A program made the translations under genes and the position numbers. Positions 1-8,688 of a stretch of 64,000 bases of DNA are shown one piece after another; the stretch's first letter is position 1; each line of letters begins with the position of its first letter. Below the pieces are notes generated by a model. It made no database searches. It was not told where the DNA came from and saw only the letters and a list, made by a program, of their open reading frames with translations. Source of the DNA: a virus (lineage: Duplodnaviria; Caudoviricetes); IMG/VR virus record IMGVR_UViG_2588253903_000005, positions 1 to 64,000 of that record. The stretch is one strand, 5' to 3'.

Positions 1-339
1 ATGAAAGACAACGCATTCCAGCGGCGGCGTGATATCGAGCGTATGCTGCTGTCGGGGAAAAAGCTGACCACATCGGAAATGATGAAGATGTACGGTGTCG
101 GCAGGAAAGCCATACGCCGGGATTTTGACATCATAGGCGAAGAACTTCCCGTTATCGCAAGACAGGGATATGATGGCGGCTATCTCCTTGCGGACGGTGT
201 GGGGCAGCACCAGAACACGCTCACGCAGGAACAGTTGGAATGCTTGGAAAAAATGGCTGTGACCTGTGGTTCAGAGGACAGGAAAATTGTTCTGTCAATC
301 ATACATGAATTTGGACCGTACTGCGGAAGTTTTACATAG
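1..339 (+). CDS. HTH domain protein (DeoR/HTH_11-like)
   Basis: N-terminal HTH (LTTSEMMKMYGVGRKAIRRDF, GYDGGY); paralogous to the next ORF. Confidence 0.65.
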   Translation: MKDNAFQRRRDIERMLLSGKKLTTSEMMKMYGVGRKAIRRDFDIIGEELPVIARQGYDGGYLLADGVGQHQNTLTQEQLECLEKMAVTCGSEDRKIVLSIIHEFGPYCGSFT

Positions 340-359
340 AAAATGACGGGAGGCGTGGC

Positions 360-689
360 ATGGACACTGCACACCGGAGAATGGAAATCATCAGCATTTT
401 ATCTGCCAAAGGGCACATGACAATGAGGGAGCTTGCATGGGAACTGGATGTTTCAAGGCGCACGATAATGAATGACATCATCGCATTGTCTTTTGATTAC
501 CCTGTTTACACAAAACCGGGCGAGGGCGGCGGGGTTTTTATCACGGAAAATTACAAGCCCTATGCCAATACCCTCACGCAGACGGAGTTTGAAACGCTTT
601 GCAGGCTGTACGGAAAATCAGAGGGAAAAGAGAAAGAAATACTGTTCCGTATCATTCACAAATACGGTGCGGACAAGCTGAAAATATAG
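360..689 (+). CDS. HTH domain protein (DeoR/HTH_11-like)
   Basis: RRMEIISIL...MRELAWELDVSRRTIMNDI...GEGGG; RBS GGAGG upstream. Confidence 0.7.
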   Translation: MDTAHRRMEIISILSAKGHMTMRELAWELDVSRRTIMNDIIALSFDYPVYTKPGEGGGVFITENYKPYANTLTQTEFETLCRLYGKSEGKEKEILFRIIHKYGADKLKI

Positions 690-867
690 GATAGACATAT
701 CAAAACTGAATACATAATCCCACACATGATTCTGCAATTCTTCCCGATTGTTTGCAGAAAAGTTTTTAAGGGATTCTGAATATTTATTATCATACACAGC
801 GCAAGGGCAGTCACAGACTTATGGGAAAAGTCTGGGCTGTCCTTTTTGTGCGTTTAAGGAGGCATTT

Positions 868-1639
868 ATGGCAAAGAGGTATTACTGGCTGAAACTGAAA
901 GCAGACTGGTTTTCAGACAAGCGCATCAAGAAATTACGCTCCATAGCGGGCGGCGACACGCACACGATTATTTATCTAAAAATGATGCTGCTGTCGCTGA
1001 AGGACGAGGGGAAACTTTACTTCGAGGGCGTGGAGGACAGCTTCGCTTCGGAGATTGCCCTTGCGCTTGATGAGGACGCGGAGAACGTAAAGCTGACGCT
1101 TGCATTTTTACAGCGACATGGGCTGATAGAAATCGGTGACGATGATGAGTACCAGCTTACGGAAGTGCCGACAATCATCGGCTCGGAAACAGCGTCAACC
1201 ATACGTTCAAGGGAGTGCAGGGAACGGAAAAAACAGCTTGCGCTTGGGCAGGAAGCGTTGCAATGCAACACAAATGAAACAGGCTGCAACAATCTGAAAC
1301 AGATTTGCCGCGTAGAGAGAGAGTTAGAGATAGAGAGAGAAAGATATAGAGAAAGAGGGAGAGAAAGACACGCCCGCCCCCGCCGCTTATGGAAAATTCT
1401 GTAATGTTTTTCTTGCTGATGCGGAGCTTGATGCCTTGAAAACAGAACTGCCCGGCAAATGGGAATATTACATTGACCGCTTATCCGTACATATTGCGTC
1501 AAGCGGGAGGAAATACAATAGCCATGCCGCCACGATTTACAAATGGGCGCAGGAGGACGCCGAAAAGACAGCAATCGCAGGAAATGCACTGAAAAAGGGA
1601 ATCCCCGATTATTCATACAGTGAGGAGGACAGCTTATGA
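868..1639 (+). pseudogene. Phage replisome organizer N-terminal domain protein, frameshifted
   Basis: KRYYWLKLKADWF...IYLKMMLLSL motif; frame stops at 1404 but another frame reads EKDIEKEGEKDTPAPAAYGKFCNVFL...KTELPGKWEYY to 1639; shift lies in the GA tract at ~1332-1341. Confidence 0.75.
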
Positions 1640-2487
1640 GTGGTAATTTAATGGATACGGTCTTGCAGATGGTAAACACGGATGCGGAGCCGGAGGATTA
1701 CAAAGGGGAGGACGGTTTACTGTATTGTGGGAAATGCCACAAGCCTAAAGAGGCATATTTCCCACAAGGCAAGGCTCTGTTCGGGCGTGACCGACACCCG
1801 TCTGAATGTGACTGCCGCAGAGCAGAACGTGAAAAGCGTGAGAAAAAAGATGCGGATGAAAAACACAATGCCGAAGTGGAGCGTCTGAAACGGGAAGGCT
1901 TTTCCAATCCAGCGATGCGGAACTGGACTTTTGAAAACGACAACGGGAAATGCACGCAGATAGAAAAAGCACATTCTTATGTGGAGTTATGGGAGCAGAT
2001 GAAAGCGGAGAATCACGGGCTGGTCTTGTGGGGGAATGTCGGATCGGGGAAAAGCTATTTTACAGGCTGCATCGCAAATGCCCTCATGGAGAGGGAAATA
2101 CCTGTCTGCATCACAAACTTTGCAACGATACTGGACAACCTTTTCTATGGGGCGGAAAACAGGAATGAGTACATCGTAAGGCTTTGTTCCTATCCCCTGC
2201 TCATTCTTGATGATTTCGGCATGGAGAGGGGTACGGAATACGGGCTTGAGCAGGTCTATAACGTGATAGACAGCAGGTATATCAGCAAAAAGCCGCTGAT
2301 TGCAACGACAAATCTCACGCCGGAGCAGCTAAAGAACCCGGAGGACGTTCCCCACGCACGCATTTATGGCAGGCTTCTTGAAATGTGTGTGCCTGTCCGC
2401 TTTACGGGTGGCGATTTCCGTAAAGTGGCAGCGCAGCAGAAAATGAAACGGTTAAAGGAACTTATGGAAGGAGGCGAAAGCCAATGA
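1636..2487 (+). CDS. DnaC/IstB-like AAA+ helicase loader
   Basis: CxxC zinc motif, Walker A GNVGSGKS, Walker B LLILDDFG, TTNL motif. Confidence 0.9.
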   Translation: MSGNLMDTVLQMVNTDAEPEDYKGEDGLLYCGKCHKPKEAYFPQGKALFGRDRHPSECDCRRAEREKREKKDADEKHNAEVERLKREGFSNPAMRNWTFENDNGKCTQIEKAHSYVELWEQMKAENHGLVLWGNVGSGKSYFTGCIANALMEREIPVCITNFATILDNLFYGAENRNEYIVRLCSYPLLILDDFGMERGTEYGLEQVYNVIDSRYISKKPLIATTNLTPEQLKNPEDVPHARIYGRLLEMCVPVRFTGGDFRKVAAQQKMKRLKELMEGGESQ

Positions 2488-2678
2488 AAGAAGTTCCGAT
2501 TTGGGAAAAGAGCAATTTAAGCCTTGAAGAAGCGGCGGCTTATTCAGGAATTGGTGTTAATAAGTTACGTGAGATTACCAATGAGAAAAACTGTCGGTTT
2601 GTTTTGTGGGTTGGCAATAAGCGGTTAATCAAACGCCGCCTGTTCGATCAGTATATCGAGCAGGAGTATTCTATCTGA
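2484..2678 (+). CDS. xis: Excisionase, Tn916 Xis-like
   Basis: PIWEK.NLSLEEAAAYSGIG.NKLR resembles Tn916 Xis; directly upstream of int. Confidence 0.85.
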   Translation: MKEVPIWEKSNLSLEEAAAYSGIGVNKLREITNEKNCRFVLWVGNKRLIKRRLFDQYIEQEYSI

Positions 2679-2791
2679 CATGGATAGTATTCTTTTAATT
2701 TTTGTGAATCTTGTGGTGTAAAATCGGCTTTGATATGGTACAATGAATGAGTCATATCAAGGCTCTTTCCACTACGGAAAGGAGTTTGAAA

Positions 2792-3991
2792 ATGTCTGAG
2801 AAACGGAAAGACAATAAAGGACGAATCTTAAAGACAGGGGAGAGCCAGAGAAAAGACCTGATTTATCAGTACCGCTACACGGATATCCGCGGAAAGCGGC
2901 AGACCATTTATTCCTCTGATTTGAAGGAACTGCGGGAAAAGGAGAAGATGATCCAGAAGCAACTTGATGAAGGGATTGACTATGCTGCTGGAGAAGTTAC
3001 CGTTATTTCCCTCTTGGAACGCTATATCAGTTTGAAGCAGGGTGTACGCTACAATACCAAAGTTGGATACAATTTTGTGCTGAATCTGATTAAGAAAGAA
3101 GATTTCGGTTACCGTCAGATAAGAGATATTAAGGTATCGGATGCACAACAGTGGATTATGAAGCTGCATAATGACGGTAAAGGGTACAGCACTATCACAA
3201 GTGTCAGAGGCGTTGTAAAGCCTGCTTTTCAAATGGCATACAATGAGGATATAATCCGCAGGAATCCTTTTGATTTCAAGCTGGTTGATGTTGTTCCCAA
3301 CGATTCACAAAAACGGATTGCCATGACTGAAGAACAGCAGGAACTTTGGATGAGATTTATTCGGGAGGATAAAACTTACTGCAAGTATTATGATGAGTTT
3401 GTTGTCCTGCTGGGAACAGGAATGCGTGTCAGCGAGTTTTGTGGCTTGACAAAAAGTGATCTTGACTTTGAAAGCCGGAAAATCCGTGTAGATCATCAGC
3501 TTGTCCGGGAACGGGGCGGAAAGTATTATGTTGAGAAAACCAAAACCGAATGCGGATGCCGCTTTATCCCTATGACAGAGGAAGTCTATCGGAGTCTGAA
3601 AAAAATCCTTATCCGCCGCAAGAGCTTGAAGACAGAAATGATTGTTGACGGGTACAGCAACTTTCTTCTGTTGGACAAGGATGATAAACCGAAAGTAGCG
3701 TTGCATATCGAAAATGAGATGCGGTGGGCAATGAAGAAATACAAGAAGCTGCATCCGGATAAACCATTGCCACACATCACTCCTCATGTGTTCCGTCATA
3801 CGTTCTGTACCAACATGGCAAACGCAGGCATGGAAATTAAGACCTTACAGTATGTAATGGGACATTCCGATGTAGGTGTTACGCTGAATGTGTATACTCA
3901 TGCCAGCTATGATCGGGCAGCGGAGCAGATGGCGAAAATTTTAGACTTCAAAGAAACTGATATGCAAGGGAAACAGAGAAAATCAGGTTGA
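2792..3991 (+). CDS. int: Tyrosine integrase, Tn916 family
   Basis: MSEKRKDNKGRILKTGESQRKD arm-binding domain; GMRVSE, HVFRHTF, MGHSD, VY catalytic motifs. Confidence 0.95.
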   Translation: MSEKRKDNKGRILKTGESQRKDLIYQYRYTDIRGKRQTIYSSDLKELREKEKMIQKQLDEGIDYAAGEVTVISLLERYISLKQGVRYNTKVGYNFVLNLIKKEDFGYRQIRDIKVSDAQQWIMKLHNDGKGYSTITSVRGVVKPAFQMAYNEDIIRRNPFDFKLVDVVPNDSQKRIAMTEEQQELWMRFIREDKTYCKYYDEFVVLLGTGMRVSEFCGLTKSDLDFESRKIRVDHQLVRERGGKYYVEKTKTECGCRFIPMTEEVYRSLKKILIRRKSLKTEMIVDGYSNFLLLDKDDKPKVALHIENEMRWAMKKYKKLHPDKPLPHITPHVFRHTFCTNMANAGMEIKTLQYVMGHSDVGVTLNVYTHASYDRAAEQMAKILDFKETDMQGKQRKSG

Positions 3992-4005
3992 GCAATGCAC
4001 CAATC

Positions 4006-4027
4006 TACTACACCAATTACTACACCA
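4006..4027. repeat. Direct repeats TACTACACCA x2, putative integrase arm-binding sites
   Basis: Copies at 4006-4015 and 4018-4027, just after int. Confidence 0.6.
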
Positions 4028-4154
4028 TTTGCCCGTAAATTTGCGTAGATTTATAACGGATTACACAGATTAAGGGTAAAAAACAAAAAATGAAAAAAGC
4101 GCCGGAAAGCTTGAAATATCAAGGTTTGAAGGCTTATGAAGGGATAGAAAAGAT

Positions 4155-4190
4155 ATGATTAAAATATTATTTGTCTGCCACGGCAACATC
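4155..4190 (+). other. att core: 5' fragment of an LMW protein-tyrosine-phosphatase gene
   Basis: ATG...ATC encodes MIKILFVCHGNI, the LMW-PTP P-loop start, broken before the expected CRS; stop at 4203-4205. Confidence 0.8.
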
Positions 4191-4247
4191 TTAACTTTTG
4201 GATGAAATCATTGATTTTACGGCATTTTTGATCGTTATAAACTTGAA

Positions 4248-4268
4248 TTTACTTCAAGTTTACTTCAA
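4248..4268. repeat. Direct repeats TTTACTTCAA x2, putative prophage arm-type sites
   Basis: Copies at 4248-4257 and 4259-4268, 58 bp inside the att core. Confidence 0.55.
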
Positions 4269-4351
4269 TTTTTTACAAATGATTTTGAATAGAGTGTTGC
4301 AAGCGGTTCTTTTAAAAATATGAATACGTGTCCATTACGCACCCATTATCG

Positions 4352-4383
4352 AGCCTATAACCGACTGTTATAGGTCTTTTTTT
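4352..4383 (+). terminator. Intrinsic terminator
   Basis: AGCCTATAAC/GTTATAGGTC hairpin followed by a T run. Confidence 0.65.
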
Positions 4384-4414
4384 ATTTTATAATAAATTCA
4401 TAGGAGGTATTTCT

Positions 4415-4621
4415 ATGAATTTAAGTTTTTTATCAAAAGAGCAGTCGGAAGAATACAAGCGAAAGATGAATTTGACGGAAGATGAAGAACAGATTTTTGA
4501 TATGCTGACAAAGAATTATTCTGTTGTCAAGATTGCTGGCGTTATGCAAATGTCAACTCGGACAGTTGATAGGCGCATTAAAAATATAAAAATAAAGATG
4601 GATATGGTTTCAACTTTATAA
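4415..4621 (+). CDS. Small LuxR/sigma-region-4-like HTH protein
   Basis: LTEDEEQIFDML...IAGVMQMSTRTVDRRIKNIK; strong RBS. Confidence 0.7.
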   Translation: MNLSFLSKEQSEEYKRKMNLTEDEEQIFDMLTKNYSVVKIAGVMQMSTRTVDRRIKNIKIKMDMVSTL

Positions 4622-4633
4622 TAAAAGAGCGGC

Positions 4634-4861
4634 TCACTGCCGCCCCTCTGGATCCTTCATTTTCTTAAATTTTGCAACACATTTTTTACAGAAATATTCT
4701 GGATGTGTATCAATGTCCTTTTCTCCGTAATCCGTAGTTTGAAAATTCCTAGGAACCATCCAATATCTAGGGGAACATAATGCATATCCGTTGTGGTAGC
4801 AATGTATCTTTGCGTTTCCATGTATTCTATACCCTGTTCCATTCAAAACATCATCTGTCAC
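4634..4861 (-). CDS. Hypothetical protein
   Basis: 75 aa ORF, CxxC near C-terminus, RBS AAGGAG. Confidence 0.55.
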   Translation of the reverse strand: MTDDVLNGTGYRIHGNAKIHCYHNGYALCSPRYWMVPRNFQTTDYGEKDIDTHPEYFCKKCVAKFKKMKDPEGRQ

Positions 4862-4904
4862 TGGAAGTTGCCATTCAATAATCTATTTGCTCATATCGCT
4901 CCTT

Positions 4905-5102
4905 TCACTTCCGACCCTTGTCGTGGGAGATATATTCCTCAATCGCTCTTATAATATAGGCATTTAGACTCATATCTTCCATTTCTGCCAAAGCCCTATA
5001 TCTTTCTTTATCTCCTTTTTGCATGGTCAATAGAAACTGGTCATAATTCTTTTTGTTCCATTTATTCTTTGCCTTAGTTGCCGGAGCTCCTTTATTTTCC
5101 AT
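4905..5102 (-). CDS. Ribbon-helix-helix (Arc-like) regulator
   Basis: KKNYDQFLLTMQKGDKE...SLNAYIIRAIEE. Confidence 0.7.
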   Translation of the reverse strand: MENKGAPATKAKNKWNKKNYDQFLLTMQKGDKERYRALAEMEDMSLNAYIIRAIEEYISHDKGRK

Positions 5103-5140
5103 ACCGCACCGCCTTTCTTTTTAATGGTAACATAATAGAT

Positions 5141-5242
5141 ATACTTATACAAGTATAAGTTTTACACAAAACATAGTTATATAAGTATGGTAATTTTTGT
5201 GAAGTATTCCGTCTTGCGGATATACTTATATAAGTATATAAT
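5141..5242. promoter_or_regulatory. Divergent control region with three palindromic operators and a sigmaA-type promoter
   Basis: ATA(C/G)TT-N4-AAGTAT at 5141, 5173 and 5222; TTGCGG(5214)-17-TATAAT(5237). Confidence 0.65.
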
Positions 5243-5274
5243 TAGACTTATCAAGGGAACGGAGGATATGGGAT

Positions 5275-5463
5275 ATGACAAGAACGGCATTAGCAAGAAA
5301 CAGCGCAACAAGAAATCTTAAGATTTTCCGCTCAAATGAATATAGAACACAGTCTGAATTTGCGCAGGATTTAAGAGGAAACGGATTTCGAGTTTTGAAA
5401 ATCTGGAACGGAAATAAGACAGATTCAGAAGTTGGCAGATGGGAGCTCTTGAACAGGAAATAA
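5275..5463 (+). CDS. Hypothetical protein
   Basis: RBS GGAGG; 62 aa. Confidence 0.6.
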   Translation: MTRTALARNSATRNLKIFRSNEYRTQSEFAQDLRGNGFRVLKIWNGNKTDSEVGRWELLNRK

Positions 5464-5511
5464 TCACACCACCCACCCGGCGGGGTTGCGCCGGGAGAAA
5501 GAAGGGAAGAT

Positions 5512-5691
5512 ATGAAAAAATTAGTAAATGCTTTAAGCAGACTTACTGAAAGAGACGTAAAATGCGTATTTGCATATGATTTGAAAGTGGGTGGATATAT
5601 TGATTATACCTATTATGATTCATGCGACAACATTGTAAGCGGAACATATCTCATAAATAATCCTGTTTCACTTGCAATTTTAACCGAGTAA
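5512..5691 (+). CDS. Hypothetical protein (59 aa, absent from ORF track)
   Basis: ATG at 5512 after GAAGGGAAG, open to TAA at 5691. Confidence 0.55.
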   Translation: MKKLVNALSRLTERDVKCVFAYDLKVGGYIDYTYYDSCDNIVSGTYLINNPVSLAILTE

Positions 5692-5752
5692 TTTCAGCGA
5701 TTCAAAAATATCCCGTCCCTGCCGGGTAATGCAGGGAGAAAGTGAGAAGGAT

Positions 5753-5953
5753 ATGACAATTAAATCATTTGAGAAAAAGGGTTTTATCATAAATAAACCG
5801 TTTGAGGTAAACGGAAAGAAATTTGAGGTTTCCCCCACTATGCACGGTTTTCACTATCGCTTATATTGTAACGGAGAATGTATCTTTACAAGAGCAAATC
5901 TTGACACTTGTTATAGCAAAATCATAGAATTAGTAGAACAGGCGGCAGGATAA
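5753..5953 (+). CDS. Hypothetical protein
   Basis: RBS AAGGA; start MTIKSF. Confidence 0.6.
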   Translation: MTIKSFEKKGFIINKPFEVNGKKFEVSPTMHGFHYRLYCNGECIFTRANLDTCYSKIIELVEQAAG

Positions 5954-6065
5954 CACCTACCACCCTTTTTCAGAAAAAATAATATATGTCGTAGATAAGT
6001 CGTAAACATGGCGTTTTCGGCTTATTTTTTTATGCGAAAATTTAAGCATAAGGAGGCAACAGCCT

Positions 6066-6254
6066 ATGTTTAACGATTTGATTTTAGAGAAAGTCTTCGC
6101 ACATGAGGAAATGCAGAAAATTCCTATCGGTTGCCAGAGTACAGCTGTCCATGTGTTTGAAGAAATCTTAGAAGATATATTGGAGGAAAACCCTTATGGC
6201 TCAATATCCGACCTATTCATTTCAACAACCGCAGATGAATCCATATCAGAATAG
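6066..6254 (+). CDS. Small acidic hypothetical protein
   Basis: RBS AAGGAGG; overlaps next gene. Confidence 0.55.
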   Translation: MFNDLILEKVFAHEEMQKIPIGCQSTAVHVFEEILEDILEENPYGSISDLFISTTADESISE

Positions 6255-6711
6255 CTATCAGCCTATACAAAATCCTTATATGGCGCAGATGAACCAGTAC
6301 CAACAGGGGGCACAGATGTTCCCGGTGCAGTCTCAAAACTCGAATATGGTTCAGCAACCGCCTGGGCTTATAGGGAAAATGGTAAATGACGTGTCCACGG
6401 TTTCCCCAAATGATGTTCCTATGGATGGCAACATCGCCATTTTCCCGAAGAATGATATGTCTGAAATCTACTGCAAACAGTGGAAACAGGACGGAACCAT
6501 TCAGACGGTCGTGTATAAGCCGATTTTAGACCAAAACCAGTCAGAGGGTACAAATATACCGCAGATGGATTTTAATGCCTTAAACGAGGATGTAAGGGCA
6601 CTTAGAGAGGATATAAAAGGCGTTCGGGATATGATTGAGAAATCTATGGCAGTTTCGGCGGCCAAAACATCCCAAAGAGGGAAGAAAGCAGAGGTAAATG
6701 CTGATGAATAG
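6196..6711 (+). CDS. Gln/Asn/Pro-rich N-terminal protein with a folded C-terminal domain
   Basis: QQPQMNPYQNSYQPIQNPYMAQMNQYQQ low complexity; RBS GGAGG. Confidence 0.75.
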   Translation: MAQYPTYSFQQPQMNPYQNSYQPIQNPYMAQMNQYQQGAQMFPVQSQNSNMVQQPPGLIGKMVNDVSTVSPNDVPMDGNIAIFPKNDMSEIYCKQWKQDGTIQTVVYKPILDQNQSEGTNIPQMDFNALNEDVRALREDIKGVRDMIEKSMAVSAAKTSQRGKKAEVNADE

Positions 6712-6982
6712 ACAGGCGCAGATACAGCAGATGATGGGGAACCCGCAGTTTCAACAGCAGTATCAACAGAGATTAAGAGGGATGAACCCGTCGCAGATTC
6801 TAGACCAAGTAGCAAGCAATCCGCAGATGATGGATAATCCAATCGTACAGAATGTGATGAAAATGCGGAAAGCAAACGATACAGAAGGCTTGACAGGTCT
6901 TGCAGAAAACATATTTGGAGAAAAAGGACAGAACTATTCTGACTTTGAGAAGAACGCAAAGCAGTTTTTGGGGTTTAATTAA
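6698..6982 (+). CDS. Gln/Met-rich small protein
   Basis: QQMMGNPQFQQQYQQ; overlaps previous stop. Confidence 0.7.
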   Translation: MLMNRQAQIQQMMGNPQFQQQYQQRLRGMNPSQILDQVASNPQMMDNPIVQNVMKMRKANDTEGLTGLAENIFGEKGQNYSDFEKNAKQFLGFN

Positions 6983-7134
6983 CCGGACCAGAAAACGGTC
7001 ATTTTTGACGGTCAATCCATGAAAAACCTTGATTTTATGCGGGTTTTTGACCGGACCATAACTTTGAACATATTGGGTTGTGCGCACAGAAAACCTAGGT
7101 TTCCCCTTTATGGAAAATAAAGGAGGAAAATAAT

Positions 7135-8061
7135 ATGTTTAACAGTGGAAATTCTACGCCTTTCACCATGCCAGTGACTCCTGCTTATGGAAATGGCGGC
7201 GGCATGGGCGGCTGGGGAAATGATTGGATTGCACTCGCAATCTTAGCCCTTATCTTCGGCGATGGCTGGGGAATGGGTGGCATGGGCGGTATGGGAATGT
7301 TCTGGCCGTTTATGATGATGAATGGAGGCTTCGGTGGATTTGGCGGCAATGGCTGTGGTTGCGGAAATGGCAATTCCAACGCAATTCAGGCTGATATTCA
7401 GCGTGGATTTGATACCCAGTCCATTATCGGAAAGTTAGACGGCATCAACAACGGCTTATGTGACGGCTTCTATGCAGTCAACACGTCCATTCTGAACGCA
7501 CAAAGTGGCATCCAGAACAGTTTGTGTCAGGGCTTTAACGGCTTGAATACAAACATCATGCAGGGCAACTTTGGCTTACAGCAGGCTATCAACAACGCTT
7601 CTGTTGCTAATATGCAGGGACAGAACGCTTTGCAGAGCCAGTTAGCAAGCTGCTGCTGCGAAACGCAGAGAGCCATTGACGGTGTAAACTACAATATGGC
7701 TACGAATACCTGCTCTATTACCAATCAGATGAACAACAACACGAGAGACATTATCGAAAGCAACAACGCAGGTACAAGGGCAATCCTTGACTATCTGTGT
7801 CAGGATAAGATTTCTACGCTCCAAAGCGAGAATCAGGCTCTTAGGCTTGCGGCAAGTCAGGCGAACCAGAACAACGTTCTTATGGCGGCTATGGATTCCA
7901 ACAAAGCAGAAATCCTTAGAAAGACTGGGGCAGAATGTCCGACCGCAGCTTATATCGTTCAGCCTCCGCAGCCTGTCACATTCCCGACAAACTGCTGCGG
8001 CGGTGTAAATTACGCTGGATATGGCAATAACGGATGTGGCTGCAACAGCGGCTGCTGCTAA
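7135..8061 (+). CDS. Gly/Asn/Gln/Cys-rich protein with hydrophobic N-terminal segment and coiled coil
   Basis: WIALAILALIFG segment, GGM repeats, SCCCE motif, GCGCNSGCC end; 16 Cys; strong RBS. Confidence 0.85.
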   Translation: MFNSGNSTPFTMPVTPAYGNGGGMGGWGNDWIALAILALIFGDGWGMGGMGGMGMFWPFMMMNGGFGGFGGNGCGCGNGNSNAIQADIQRGFDTQSIIGKLDGINNGLCDGFYAVNTSILNAQSGIQNSLCQGFNGLNTNIMQGNFGLQQAINNASVANMQGQNALQSQLASCCCETQRAIDGVNYNMATNTCSITNQMNNNTRDIIESNNAGTRAILDYLCQDKISTLQSENQALRLAASQANQNNVLMAAMDSNKAEILRKTGAECPTAAYIVQPPQPVTFPTNCCGGVNYAGYGNNGCGCNSGCC

Positions 8062-8153
8062 TGGCTGCGAAAGAAACTGATACTCTTGCCATTCTTGACG
8101 AGATTATCAGAAATCAGGAAGAAATACTAAGAAAACTCGCCAACATAAGTTAG
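8061..8153 (+). CDS. 30-aa amphipathic peptide
   Basis: TAATG stop/start coupling; MAAKETDTLAILDEIIRNQEEILRKLANIS. Confidence 0.45.
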   Translation: MAAKETDTLAILDEIIRNQEEILRKLANIS

Positions 8154-8265
8154 GCTGATTATTCCCCGCAACAAAGGCGGGTTGATTATAAGCGGAGGGG
8201 CGAGATGTAACAGTCTTGCCCTTTTGCGTTGCAAGTAAATGAATTTGAAATGGAGGTTAAACATT

Positions 8266-8673
8266 ATGGGAAGATGTAAAAATACCTGCCGTCTTTGCCC
8301 GAATCTGATTATATCGACAGCAGTAACCTTTACAGCCGGTACAGGTCTTGTGATTACAATTCCGGCAGGAAGTTACAACAATAACTGTAAATACTGCATT
8401 GTCGTGGGGCAGAACATTCCGGCAGAAACAACAATAACAGCACCAGTGTTTATTCAGATTGGAACAGGAGCAGTATTGTACCAGTTGACACAGCCTTGCT
8501 GTGAGCAGGTTACGGCTTGCGGAATTAAGACACGTACAAAGTATTGTACGAGGGTACACACAAGCGGCGATGCTGGCACATTTAGGCTTTTAGAAAGAGT
8601 TTGCTGTGTTACGGATAACTTGAAGGCATTAAACGGTGATGGTACGCCTGTTACGCCGACACCGGGAGCATAG
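8266..8673 (+). CDS. Cys-rich, probably beta-rich protein
   Basis: 11 Cys in 135 aa; RBS GGAGG. Confidence 0.8.
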   Translation: MGRCKNTCRLCPNLIISTAVTFTAGTGLVITIPAGSYNNNCKYCIVVGQNIPAETTITAPVFIQIGTGAVLYQLTQPCCEQVTACGIKTRTKYCTRVHTSGDAGTFRLLERVCCVTDNLKALNGDGTPVTPTPGA

Positions 8674-8688
8674 AGAGGAGGTAAAAGT

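Larger units (their letters stand above)
1..4190 (+). mobile_element. Right end of an integrative element (IME/phage-related) with replication module and Tn916-type xis-int
   Basis: Order HTH-HTH-replisome organizer-DnaC-like-xis-int, then arm-type repeats and att core; left end is outside the window. Confidence 0.8.

Noticed and set aside
4155-4205. Intact LMW-PTP gene
   Set aside because: Only 12 codons match before a stop at 4203; treated as an att fragment
7040-7134. Sporulation sigma-factor promoter for the Cys-rich gene
   Set aside because: CATATT is present, but no correctly spaced sigmaE/K -35 element
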